64,000 nt of DNA from an uncultured Candidatus Berkelbacteria bacterium. Its GTDB lineage: Bacteria > Patescibacteriota > UBA1384 > UBA12157 > JAENIV01. The position numbers and the translations under genes were made by a program. The stretch is taken from assembly GCA_963698075.1 (NCBI GenBank), contig OY969116.1, forward strand, positions 400,097 to 464,096, given 5' to 3'. Positions 30,195-37,438 of this stretch are shown here, piece by piece (within the stretch, counting starts at the first letter, position 1; every line of letters begins with the position of its first letter). The notes below the pieces were generated by a model. It was not told where the DNA came from. It did no database searches and saw only the letters and a program-made list of their open reading frames with translations.

Positions 30195-30383
30195 CTACTT
30201 TTCTTTATGGAAGAAAATTAAATAGCCATCTATTACCATGCCTAAAAAACTAATTATCAATCTTGCCCACAGTCGCCAATTATTAACCCCGATTGACAAG
30301 TCATAAATTGCATCTATGAATAAAAATGTAAAAGCAGGAAAACCAAGGTAATCAAATTTTTTCCAAATGTTAGTTTTTTTCAT
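30195..30383 (-). CDS. small hypothetical membrane protein (about 62 aa from MKKTNIW); weak call
   Basis: Two hydrophobic segments. The ORF-track N-terminus would overlap tRNA-Leu(GAG). Confidence 0.3.
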   Translation of the reverse strand: MKKTNIWKKFDYLGFPAFTFLFIDAIYDLSIGVNNWRLWARLIISFLGMVIDGYLIFFHKEK

Positions 30384-30386
30384 AGC

Positions 30387-30473
30387 TGGTGCCCGGAAGA
30401 GGACTCGAACCTCCAAGACCTTTCGGTCACTACCACCTCAAGGTAGCGCGTGTGCCAATTTCGCCATCCGGGC
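30387..30473 (-). tRNA. tRNA-Leu (GAG), CCA encoded
   Basis: Manual fold: GCCCGGA/TCCGGGC acceptor, anticodon stem CTACC/GGTAG with loop TTGAGGT, long variable arm, terminal ACCA. Confidence 0.85.
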
Positions 30474-30496
30474 ATAAGATTATTTTACCTGAAAAT

Positions 30497-30520
30497 TCGT
30501 TAAGTTTCAACCAGTTTACA
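30497..30520 (-). terminator. hairpin terminator downstream of the PurF-like gene
   Basis: Minus strand CCCTCGTC-GTT-GACGGGGG followed by ATTTCTGT. Confidence 0.45.
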
Positions 30521-30561
30521 GAAATCCCCCGTCAACGACGAGGGATAAGAAAAAAGATCGT

Positions 30562-31821
30562 TTAGCAAAGACAAGCGACGCAGTAGATTCGCTCGGGAGT
30601 ACCAATGGCCTGTATTAATTCCTCAAGTGGCAAAGTGAAGGTGGCTGAAACCCCTAAGGCTTGGCTAATCTTCGGCAAGGTTAAACGGCGATCAATAAGA
30701 TCTTCACTGTTATAGGCGGCATCGCCATGAGGACATGAAGAACTACCAATTGAGCCGACTGCCGCCAAAACATCAGTGGCCCCTCGAGCACGGCATTGTT
30801 CTGCCATATGGGCAATCTTGGCCCCGGAACGAATCTGATCATCAATAAGAACGATCCGACGGCCAGCGACATTTGGGAGAGGCGTAAGATCGAAATTCTC
30901 AGAAAGCCCAATCTTTTTAGCAGCCAATTTCATGTGGGCAGGCACTGAATAGAGCGACTTTATCGAACCAGCTGGATCGACTTTGATCCCCGAAGTTTGG
31001 CCGAAACCGATGCAAAACGGACGGCCGCCTTCGAGTATCGGGATCCCCTTGTATTCTTCGGCCCTATTCGCTCCAGGAGATACAAGATATTGGGCAAACC
31101 TCTTTCCCAACCGCCTACCTATATCGAGACGAATCGCATTGATCTCTCTGTTACCACTCAGATTACCTGGACGCTGTTTGAAAAGAACTTCATTGACACA
31201 ATGTCGAGGATCAGCTCGATCTAAGACCACGATTTCTTCTCGAGCTTCTTGAGTGATCACCTGGAGGCTGCCTGGCGCGACCGTGTCTAAGAAAAAACCA
31301 TCGACGAGAACGCCACTCTGTGAGGCGACGTAGAAACCAGAAAAACCATCGAGCTCAATCTCGCCGATAGTCAAGGGCTTTATGCCACTATTCCTGGCGG
31401 CAATTAGACCGTGGTCGCCTGACAAAACTACAAGAGCAAACGGATCAGGAATCTCAATCAGCGCCTGTCTGACCGCGCCGATCACATCCTGTGACTCAGT
31501 TAGTAAATTGGCAATGATCGAAGTTATGGCTCTGGTCGCATCGACTGCAAAGGCAAGTTGACGGCTAGAGTCCGATAAGTCAATAGGTTGAAGAACGCTT
31601 GTCGCGCAACCATTATGGCCAATCGCAACCCTACCATTGAATTTGGGATATCCTGGGAAAACCTCAATCGCCTTCCCCGGAGCTTTCTCAAGATGAATTC
31701 CGTGATCGGTTAAGGCGGCAATTCCTGTCGAATGTTCACCGGCGTATATTTGCAAACAGAGCGCCATGACTACTTGAGGAACAACATCATTATTGCCAAT
31801 GACTCCCAACACTCGACACAT
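30562..31821 (-). CDS. amidophosphoribosyltransferase-like protein (class II Gln amidotransferase plus PRTase domain), high GC
   Basis: Start MCRVLGVIG (Ntn Cys1) with SD GGAGGA; PRPP-binding RRIVLIDDQIRSGAKI; C-terminal Cys cluster. About 50% GC against a 37% background. Confidence 0.7.
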   Translation of the reverse strand: MCRVLGVIGNNDVVPQVVMALCLQIYAGEHSTGIAALTDHGIHLEKAPGKAIEVFPGYPKFNGRVAIGHNGCATSVLQPIDLSDSSRQLAFAVDATRAITSIIANLLTESQDVIGAVRQALIEIPDPFALVVLSGDHGLIAARNSGIKPLTIGEIELDGFSGFYVASQSGVLVDGFFLDTVAPGSLQVITQEAREEIVVLDRADPRHCVNEVLFKQRPGNLSGNREINAIRLDIGRRLGKRFAQYLVSPGANRAEEYKGIPILEGGRPFCIGFGQTSGIKVDPAGSIKSLYSVPAHMKLAAKKIGLSENFDLTPLPNVAGRRIVLIDDQIRSGAKIAHMAEQCRARGATDVLAAVGSIGSSSCPHGDAAYNSEDLIDRRLTLPKISQALGVSATFTLPLEELIQAIGTPERIYCVACLC

Positions 31822-31920
31822 CTTGGTATCCTCCTCTAGCACTCAAAAAGAGCGCCGTTTGTCTTGGTGCTCCCTTGCTTAAAATAACAAATAATAAATA
31901 AAAGTAAAGTCTAATAAAAA

Positions 31921-32003
31921 TGCCCGAGGAGAGATTTGAACTCTCACGACCTTGCGGTCACGGCGTTCTGAACGCCGCCTGTCTACCATTCCAGCACTCG
32001 GGC
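31921..32003 (-). tRNA. tRNA-Leu (CAG)
   Basis: Manual fold: GCCCGAG/CTCGGGC acceptor, anticodon stem CGGCG/CGCCG with loop TTCAGAA, long variable arm, T-loop TTCAAAT. Confidence 0.85.
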
Positions 32004-32029
32004 AATATTTTTTTTATTCCGACGGAATT

Positions 32030-33415
32030 TTAATCCTTTTTTATTCTCTTTGTCTCAGTATACCAAGAAGCCACATTTAAGAAACGATCGGCTTCATTAG
32101 AACCAACAATATAATCAACACCGCCAACATTTTTTGAAATTTGATAATAATAATTTTGATGTTCAACCACAAACATGGGTATTTCCGAATCTAAAATTTT
32201 CCTAAAGGCGATATAATCATCCTCTCGCTTTTTAAAATCAAACTCCTGACGAGCTTGTTCAAGAAGTTTGTCAGCCTCAGTATTTTTGAAATTTGATAAA
32301 TTCATACCATCTTCCTTCGTCTGTGACGAATGCCAGAAAGGATAAAGGTCAGGGTCTTCACCGTAATCCAAACCGTATAAAAGCAAGTCATAATCTCTTT
32401 TGGGAATGGTTGTTTTTTGTAAAGTAACGTTGTCTTTAATATCCAAATTTACTTTAATCCCATTTTGGGCCCATTTCTCAATCATTATTTTGGCGATTTC
32501 TTCATTTTTAGGACTATCGGAAGTCACCAACCTAAGATTCAAATCTTTATTTATTGATGTATTTTCCTTTAATGCCTTCCTCACATTTTTATCCTGCAAG
32601 CTGGGACGCGAAAGATTAAAAAACAAAATCAAATCTCGAGGCAAATTCATCTCAAATTTTAAAAAATCTCCAATCTGGTAACTTTCGGCGGGCAAACCAA
32701 AACCATCAATATCACCTCTCTTGGCCGCTTTAATGACCTCATCTTGACTACTATAAAGCTTAATAATGATGGTGTTCAGGTAGGGTCTGCCATCGTAGTA
32801 ACTTTCATTGGCTGCCAATTCAACCTCATTTTTGTTCTCTTTAGCGATTCGATAAGGACCATATGGGAAGATCGGTTCGGTGGAAGTGTAAAGGAAAGGA
32901 CTAAACGGTTGCCTGAAAGTGAAGGTTAAAGTCCGAGGATCAGGCGTGGAAATATCAATATCTCGCCAGACATTCTTAGCCAAGATTTGGCTGGCCAAAT
33001 CTTGGCTATCGAATCCCTCTCTTAAATAAAATTCATAAATCTTTCCATCATTTTTAACTTCCCATTTCTCAGCAATATCCCCCACAATATTTTTATCTTT
33101 GTCGTAGCGGGTCAAACCGGCATTGACTAAGCGTGTCAGATTTTTATCAATATCTTTGCTTTCACCCACTAACCCTTCTCTGAATTGACCGCCATGGGCG
33201 GCCACTAGTTTAGTTCCCTCAAGCCAGGCGTGATATATGAACCAGCCGCTGCCAAAAAGGATCATCCCGAAAAGAGTCAAAAGAACAAATTTCTCTAGAC
33301 GACTAAAAACCTTTGGCAGAAACTTCATCGCTTGAAGACTATCTTTCCAGGGATATTCTTGAAGAAAGTTACGGGCAAACAATCTTTTTTTAAATTTGAG
33401 TGAGGGTAATTTCAT
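32030..33415 (-). CDS. membrane-anchored solute-binding protein, family 5 (oligopeptide/nickel SBP-like)
   Basis: N-terminal TM; GPYRIAK...YYDGRPYLNTIIIKLYS...AAKRGDIDG and LLLYGLDYGEDPD patterns typical of SBP_bac_5. Confidence 0.6.
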   Translation of the reverse strand: MKLPSLKFKKRLFARNFLQEYPWKDSLQAMKFLPKVFSRLEKFVLLTLFGMILFGSGWFIYHAWLEGTKLVAAHGGQFREGLVGESKDIDKNLTRLVNAGLTRYDKDKNIVGDIAEKWEVKNDGKIYEFYLREGFDSQDLASQILAKNVWRDIDISTPDPRTLTFTFRQPFSPFLYTSTEPIFPYGPYRIAKENKNEVELAANESYYDGRPYLNTIIIKLYSSQDEVIKAAKRGDIDGFGLPAESYQIGDFLKFEMNLPRDLILFFNLSRPSLQDKNVRKALKENTSINKDLNLRLVTSDSPKNEEIAKIMIEKWAQNGIKVNLDIKDNVTLQKTTIPKRDYDLLLYGLDYGEDPDLYPFWHSSQTKEDGMNLSNFKNTEADKLLEQARQEFDFKKREDDYIAFRKILDSEIPMFVVEHQNYYYQISKNVGGVDYIVGSNEADRFLNVASWYTETKRIKKD

Positions 33416-33450
33416 ATATAAAGAATTTTAAGAGAACTGTATACCCAGCA

Positions 33451-33666
33451 TCATATCAACAAATTGACAATACTTAAAATCACAAATAAGAGGGCTAAAA
33501 TAATTGTTAAATAAAATAAAAATTTTTCTGCTCCTCGACGCGAACGATAAACTGAACCCTCTCCCCCGAAAGCTCCACCCAAAGATGTCCCTCGATGTTG
33601 CAGAAGAATAGCAATCATGAGCAAAACCGCAAGGATAATTTGAACGATCAAAAAAATTTGTTGCAT
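33451..33666 (-). CDS. secG: preprotein translocase subunit SecG
   Basis: MQQIFLIVQIILAVLLMIAILLQHRGTSLGGAFGG... with two TM helices and a Gly-rich loop; 71 aa. Confidence 0.8.
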   Translation of the reverse strand: MQQIFLIVQIILAVLLMIAILLQHRGTSLGGAFGGEGSVYRSRRGAEKFLFYLTIILALLFVILSIVNLLI

Positions 33667-33680
33667 TTTTCCTTCTAATG

Positions 33681-33752
33681 AGGCCTGGGCGAGATTTGCA
33701 CTCGCGTATAGCGGTTTTGCAGACCGCTGCCTTACTACTTGGCTACCAGGCC
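33681..33752 (-). tRNA. tRNA-Cys (GCA), discriminator U
   Basis: Manual fold: GGCCTGG/CCAGGCC acceptor, anticodon stem GCGGT/ACCGC with loop CTGCAAA; 72 nt. Confidence 0.85.
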
Positions 33753-33755
33753 AAA

Positions 33756-33827
33756 AGCGAGAGACGGGAATTGGACCCGCTACCTTCTCCTTGGCAAGGA
33801 GACGTTCTACCGATGAACTACTCTCGC
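33756..33827 (-). tRNA. tRNA-Gly (GCC)
   Basis: Manual fold: GCGAGAG/CTCTCGC acceptor, anticodon stem TCTCC/GGAGA with loop TTGCCAA; 72 nt, 3 nt from tRNA-Cys. Confidence 0.85.
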
Positions 33828-33861
33828 ATTAAAGCAGATTTAGACACTCTAGCATGCGCTG

Positions 33862-33881
33862 CGATGAACTACTCTCGCATT
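33862..33881 (-). repeat. exact 20-nt duplicate of the tRNA-Gly 5' end plus 3 leader nt (pseudo-tRNA fragment) in the tRNA operon leader
   Basis: cgatgaactactctcgcatt occurs at 33811..33830 (inside tRNA-Gly) and 33862..33881. The second copy cannot fold into a tRNA. Confidence 0.7.
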
Positions 33882-33903
33882 GTACTCGCGAATCGCAGGT
33901 CTT

Positions 33904-33932
33904 AATATATTTTATCAGATCTCTCTTGTCAA
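33904..33932 (-). promoter_or_regulatory. candidate promoter of the tRNA-Gly/Cys-secG transcript (TTGACAA-N16/17-TATATT). Its -35 is the reverse complement of the -35 (TTGTCA) of the divergent plus-strand promoter for the 33969 gene.
   Basis: Minus strand TTGACAAGAGAGATCTGATAAAATATATT; plus strand TTGTCA-N17-GATAAT. Confidence 0.45.
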
Positions 33933-33968
33933 GGCAATGAAGCTATGGGATAATAGGTTTGAGCAATT

Positions 33969-34319
33969 ATGTCAAAAAAAGATAAATCTAAATTTCGCCG
34001 CCGTCTTCGAGCTGAGATTCTTAAACAAATGAGCCAATCTCAAATTCCAAGATCGGCGCCGGCGACGTCAAACCCTTCAATATCTTCTATCAAGCCAGAA
34101 ATTCAAGAAGCTCCTGGGACGGTCAAAACCCAGCCCACCAATATTGCTCCAGCAATCACTGACGCTTTAGTCCTTGTTCGGACCGATCTCAAAAAAAGCG
34201 CCATTATTATCAGCTCGATAATTATCTTAATCGTCGTTCTTTATTTTATCGACCTCAAAACCGGCGTCTTACTCAAAGCTACCAACGAAATCTTTAAAAC
34301 CCTCCACATTGGAACCTAA
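33969..34319 (+). CDS. hypothetical protein with C-terminal TM helix
   Basis: Basic N-terminus, S/P-rich linker, TM segment IIISSIIILIVVLYFI; no motif. Confidence 0.35.
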   Translation: MSKKDKSKFRRRLRAEILKQMSQSQIPRSAPATSNPSISSIKPEIQEAPGTVKTQPTNIAPAITDALVLVRTDLKKSAIIISSIIILIVVLYFIDLKTGVLLKATNEIFKTLHIGT

Positions 34320-35848
34320 TAAATCGAGTGTTCTTTGGGCCGATATTGCAATGCCTCCGCAATATGGCCGGAGTTGATATTTTGCATTCCGGCTAAATCA
34401 GCAATCGTGCGAGCTAGTTTGAGCACGCGGGTGTATTGACGGGCGGACAAATTTAATTGATGCATGGCTGCTCGTAAGAGATCTTTACTGTGGATATCTA
34501 ATTTACAATATTCTTTAATTTCTTTAGGTGCCATTTCCGAATTAGTTTTTTTCTGACGTTTAATTTGAATTTTGCGGGCTTTTTGGACTCTCGCGCGGAT
34601 CTTGACTGACTCTTCCGCCACTTTCTCATCTGCTAATTTCTCATATTTGACACGCGGGACTTCAATATGAATATCAATCCGGTCAATGAGAGGTCCGGAA
34701 ACTCTTTTCTGATATCTCAAGATTTGTGTCGGTGCGCAAATACACGATTTAACCGGATCGCCTAAATAACCGCAGGGGCAAGGATTTTGCGCCGCCACCA
34801 GAATAAATTTTGCCGGGAATTCAAGCGATCCTTGTGCTCGCGAAACAGTCATCACCCCGTCTTCAAGTGGTTGTCTCAAGGCCTCCAGAACTGACCGCGG
34901 GAATTCAGCAAATTCGTCCATAAACAACACCCCGCGATGGGCTAGGGTAATTTCGCCCGGTCGCGGAAAAGTTCCACCGCCCACCAAAGCAACGTTAGAA
35001 GTAGTATGATGTGGCGAACGAAATGGACGGATATTTACGAACGGCTCATGATTAGAAAGTAAACCTGCGACCGAATAAATTTTAGTGACCTCAAGGATCT
35101 CGTCATCCAATAAATTAGGAAGAATCGAGGGAACCGTCCGGGCCAAAAGCGTTTTGCCTGCCCCTGGCGGACCGATCATCAAAATGTTGTGGCCACCGGC
35201 GGCAGCAATTTCTAAAGCCCGTTTAGCTTGTTCTTGCCCCTTGATATAGGCCATGTCGTATTCATATTTTTGAGGGTTTTGGATTCTAAATTTTTTATAA
35301 TACGAGGGCAATGTTTTTTCATTCTTGAAATATAAAATGAGATCCTTTAAATTTTCAGCTGGCAGTATTTGAATTTTTTTAACCAGAGAGGCCTCATCTT
35401 TATTGCCCTCAGGCAAAATAATGGTGGGAAATTTCTTAGAAAGCGTCGAAACTATCGGCAAAACACCCTTGATATGGCGAAGACTGCCATTTAGAGCGAG
35501 TTCACCGACAAACAATACCTGCCTGCCGGCAAGGCAGGTTTTTCCCTCCACCGCTGGTATTTTTTCATCGGCAATCAAAATTCCAATGGCAATCGCCAAA
35601 TCGTAGGCCGGGCCTTCCTTTTTAATATCCGCCGGGGCCAAATTAACCGTTATTCGTTTAGTGGGAAAATTAAAGCCGGAATTTTTAATCGCCGCCCTCA
35701 CCCGCTCCTTTGATTCTTCAACCGCTTTGTCCGGCAGTCCAACGATAGTAAATGAAGGCAGCCCTTGAGCCGAAATATCAACTTCAACTTCCACCGGAAA
35801 AGCTTCCAGTCCGATCACTGCCGCAGAATTAACTTTCGCTAAAGCCAT
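34316..35848 (-). CDS. comM: Mg-chelatase-like AAA+ ATPase YifB/ComM
   Basis: N-terminal Lon-protease-like subdomain, Walker A GPPGAGKT, and the MCM/chelatase-type AAA core; 510 aa. Confidence 0.9.
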   Translation of the reverse strand: MALAKVNSAAVIGLEAFPVEVEVDISAQGLPSFTIVGLPDKAVEESKERVRAAIKNSGFNFPTKRITVNLAPADIKKEGPAYDLAIAIGILIADEKIPAVEGKTCLAGRQVLFVGELALNGSLRHIKGVLPIVSTLSKKFPTIILPEGNKDEASLVKKIQILPAENLKDLILYFKNEKTLPSYYKKFRIQNPQKYEYDMAYIKGQEQAKRALEIAAAGGHNILMIGPPGAGKTLLARTVPSILPNLLDDEILEVTKIYSVAGLLSNHEPFVNIRPFRSPHHTTSNVALVGGGTFPRPGEITLAHRGVLFMDEFAEFPRSVLEALRQPLEDGVMTVSRAQGSLEFPAKFILVAAQNPCPCGYLGDPVKSCICAPTQILRYQKRVSGPLIDRIDIHIEVPRVKYEKLADEKVAEESVKIRARVQKARKIQIKRQKKTNSEMAPKEIKEYCKLDIHSKDLLRAAMHQLNLSARQYTRVLKLARTIADLAGMQNINSGHIAEALQYRPKEHSIY

Positions 35849-35854
35849 GAAACC

Positions 35855-36739
35855 TCAATCTTTTAAAAACTTAGTCACCAACTTTTCCGCTTCTTCGTAG
35901 CGCGAGACCCATTTGATATCTTTGTTTTTGCGAAACCAAGTTTCTTGGCGGCGGACATAGGCATGAGTATTAGTTTTGATTTTGGCGATGGCTTCTTTAA
36001 AAGTCGTCTTGCCGCGCAAATAATCAATGATTTCTTTGTAGCCGATAGTATTAAAAACTGGCAAATCCCAATTATATTTCTTAATCAGTTCGCGGACTTC
36101 TCTAACTAATCCGTCTTTAACCATTTGTTCAACCCGAGCATCAATTTTTGAGTAAACAGTTTCACGGTCGGTTTTTATGCCAATGATTAAGGCATCAAAT
36201 TTTGGTTTTAATTTTTTCTGAAATTGACTGAAAGGTTTTTTAGCTAAGATCGAGACTTCCAAAGCGCGAATTATTCGCCGCTTATTTTTCGGATCAATTT
36301 TTAAGGCCGTTTTGGGATCAAGTTTTTTTAACTTTTCATATAATTCATTTTCCGAAAGTTTTTCCAATTTTTTTCTTAAATCTTGGCTTTGCTCTTTGAC
36401 CCCCGGTAAAACATAGCCATATAAAACCGCATAAAGATATAATCCGGATCCACCGGCGATGATTGGCAAAGCATGCATCGCCAGATATTGGTTAATGAGA
36501 TCATTGGCTAATTTTTGCCAGTCCCAGACACTAAATTTTTGGATTGGTTCGACAATGTCAACTAAATCTTGATGAAAGGTTTTATCTTTAGCCGTGCCAA
36601 TATCTAAACCACGATAAATTTGACGTGAATCGGCCGAAATTACTTTTCCTTGGAATTTCCCTGCTATTCGTTTCGCCCATTCAGTCTTGCCAGAACCGGT
36701 CGGCCCCACAATTGCGACAATTTTGTTATTCTTTTTCAT
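35855..36739 (-). CDS. miaA: tRNA dimethylallyltransferase MiaA
   Basis: P-loop IVGPTGSGKT, DSRQIYRGLDIGTAK; start taken at MKKNNKIVAIVG. Confidence 0.85.
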   Translation of the reverse strand: MKKNNKIVAIVGPTGSGKTEWAKRIAGKFQGKVISADSRQIYRGLDIGTAKDKTFHQDLVDIVEPIQKFSVWDWQKLANDLINQYLAMHALPIIAGGSGLYLYAVLYGYVLPGVKEQSQDLRKKLEKLSENELYEKLKKLDPKTALKIDPKNKRRIIRALEVSILAKKPFSQFQKKLKPKFDALIIGIKTDRETVYSKIDARVEQMVKDGLVREVRELIKKYNWDLPVFNTIGYKEIIDYLRGKTTFKEAIAKIKTNTHAYVRRQETWFRKNKDIKWVSRYEEAEKLVTKFLKD

Positions 36740-36905
36740 CGAGATTTTTCTCTTTATCCTGAGTTTCATCGAAGGATTTGGCTTTTTTTTGAATGATTTC
36801 TTTTAACTTAAAAACTGATCGGCCAGAAACTTTTTGCTCTTTCTTTTTTGAATTCTTTTTTTTCTTTAGATCTTCTTCGATTTTGTCGTAGTCTTCATTC
36901 ATCAT
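36726..36905 (-). CDS. small Lys/Glu-rich hypothetical protein (about 59 aa); weak call
   Basis: ORF MMNEDYDKIEEDLKKKKNSKKKEQ...; the longer ORF-track version overlaps tRNA-Leu(TAG). Confidence 0.25.
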   Translation of the reverse strand: MMNEDYDKIEEDLKKKKNSKKKEQKVSGRSVFKLKEIIQKKAKSFDETQDKEKNLDEKE

Positions 36906-36911
36906 GTTTTC

Positions 36912-36994
36912 TGCCCGCGGAGGGATTTGAACCCCCACGTCCTTTCGGACACGTGGTCCTAAGCCACGCCTGTCTACCATTCCAGCACGCGGGC
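36912..36994 (-). tRNA. tRNA-Leu (TAG)
   Basis: Manual fold: GCCCGCG/CGCGGGC acceptor, anticodon stem CGTGG/CCACG with loop CTTAGGA, long variable arm. Confidence 0.85.
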
Positions 36995-36997
36995 AAA

Positions 36998-37438
36998 TTA
37001 TTCTTCCCCCACTGTTTCACCAATGGTTACCAAATCTTTCAAATCTTCGAATGTCTTATCGCCAATGCCTTTGATATTTTTTAATTCTTCAATTGATTGG
37101 AAACCGCCTTGAGATTCGCGGTAGGCGATGATGACAGCCGCCCTGGCCGGACCGATGTTGGGAAGCTTATCAAGCTCTTCGGCGCTGGCAGTATTTATAT
37201 TGATTTTATCAGTCTGATTTTCAATTGTTTGCGCTCCAGCGATACTTTTTGACGAATTCTCAGAAAGCTGTTGGCGTAACATTTCATTTTGCTCTCTTAA
37301 TTCAACTATTGTCTGATTCTCACGATTGATCTTTGTCCGATGAGCTTTATCCCACCAAATAACACTGATGCCACCAATAATTATGAGTATTAATCCCGCC
37401 AAAATGAACCAGCGAAATTTTTCTATAAAGACACTCAT
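36998..37438 (-). CDS. comEA: competence protein ComEA (membrane-anchored tandem HhH DNA-binding)
   Basis: N-terminal TM; INTASAEELDKLPNIGPARAAVIIAYRESQGGFQSIEELKNIKGIG. Confidence 0.85.
   Translation of the reverse strand: MSVFIEKFRWFILAGLILIIIGGISVIWWDKAHRTKINRENQTIVELREQNEMLRQQLSENSSKSIAGAQTIENQTDKININTASAEELDKLPNIGPARAAVIIAYRESQGGFQSIEELKNIKGIGDKTFEDLKDLVTIGETVGEE

Noticed and set aside
31843-31920. TAGCACTC resembling a CIRCE half-site upstream of the PurF-like gene
   Set aside because: No matching GAGTGCTAA partner at the 9-nt spacing; only a 5-bp inverted repeat. Not a CIRCE element.
33678-33905. 75-aa ORF on the plus strand (MRPGRDLHSRIAVLQTAALLLGYQ...)
   Set aside because: It lies entirely over tRNA-Cys, tRNA-Gly and the duplicated tRNA fragment on the opposite strand. 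The repeated MNYSRI is just the translated 20-nt repeat.
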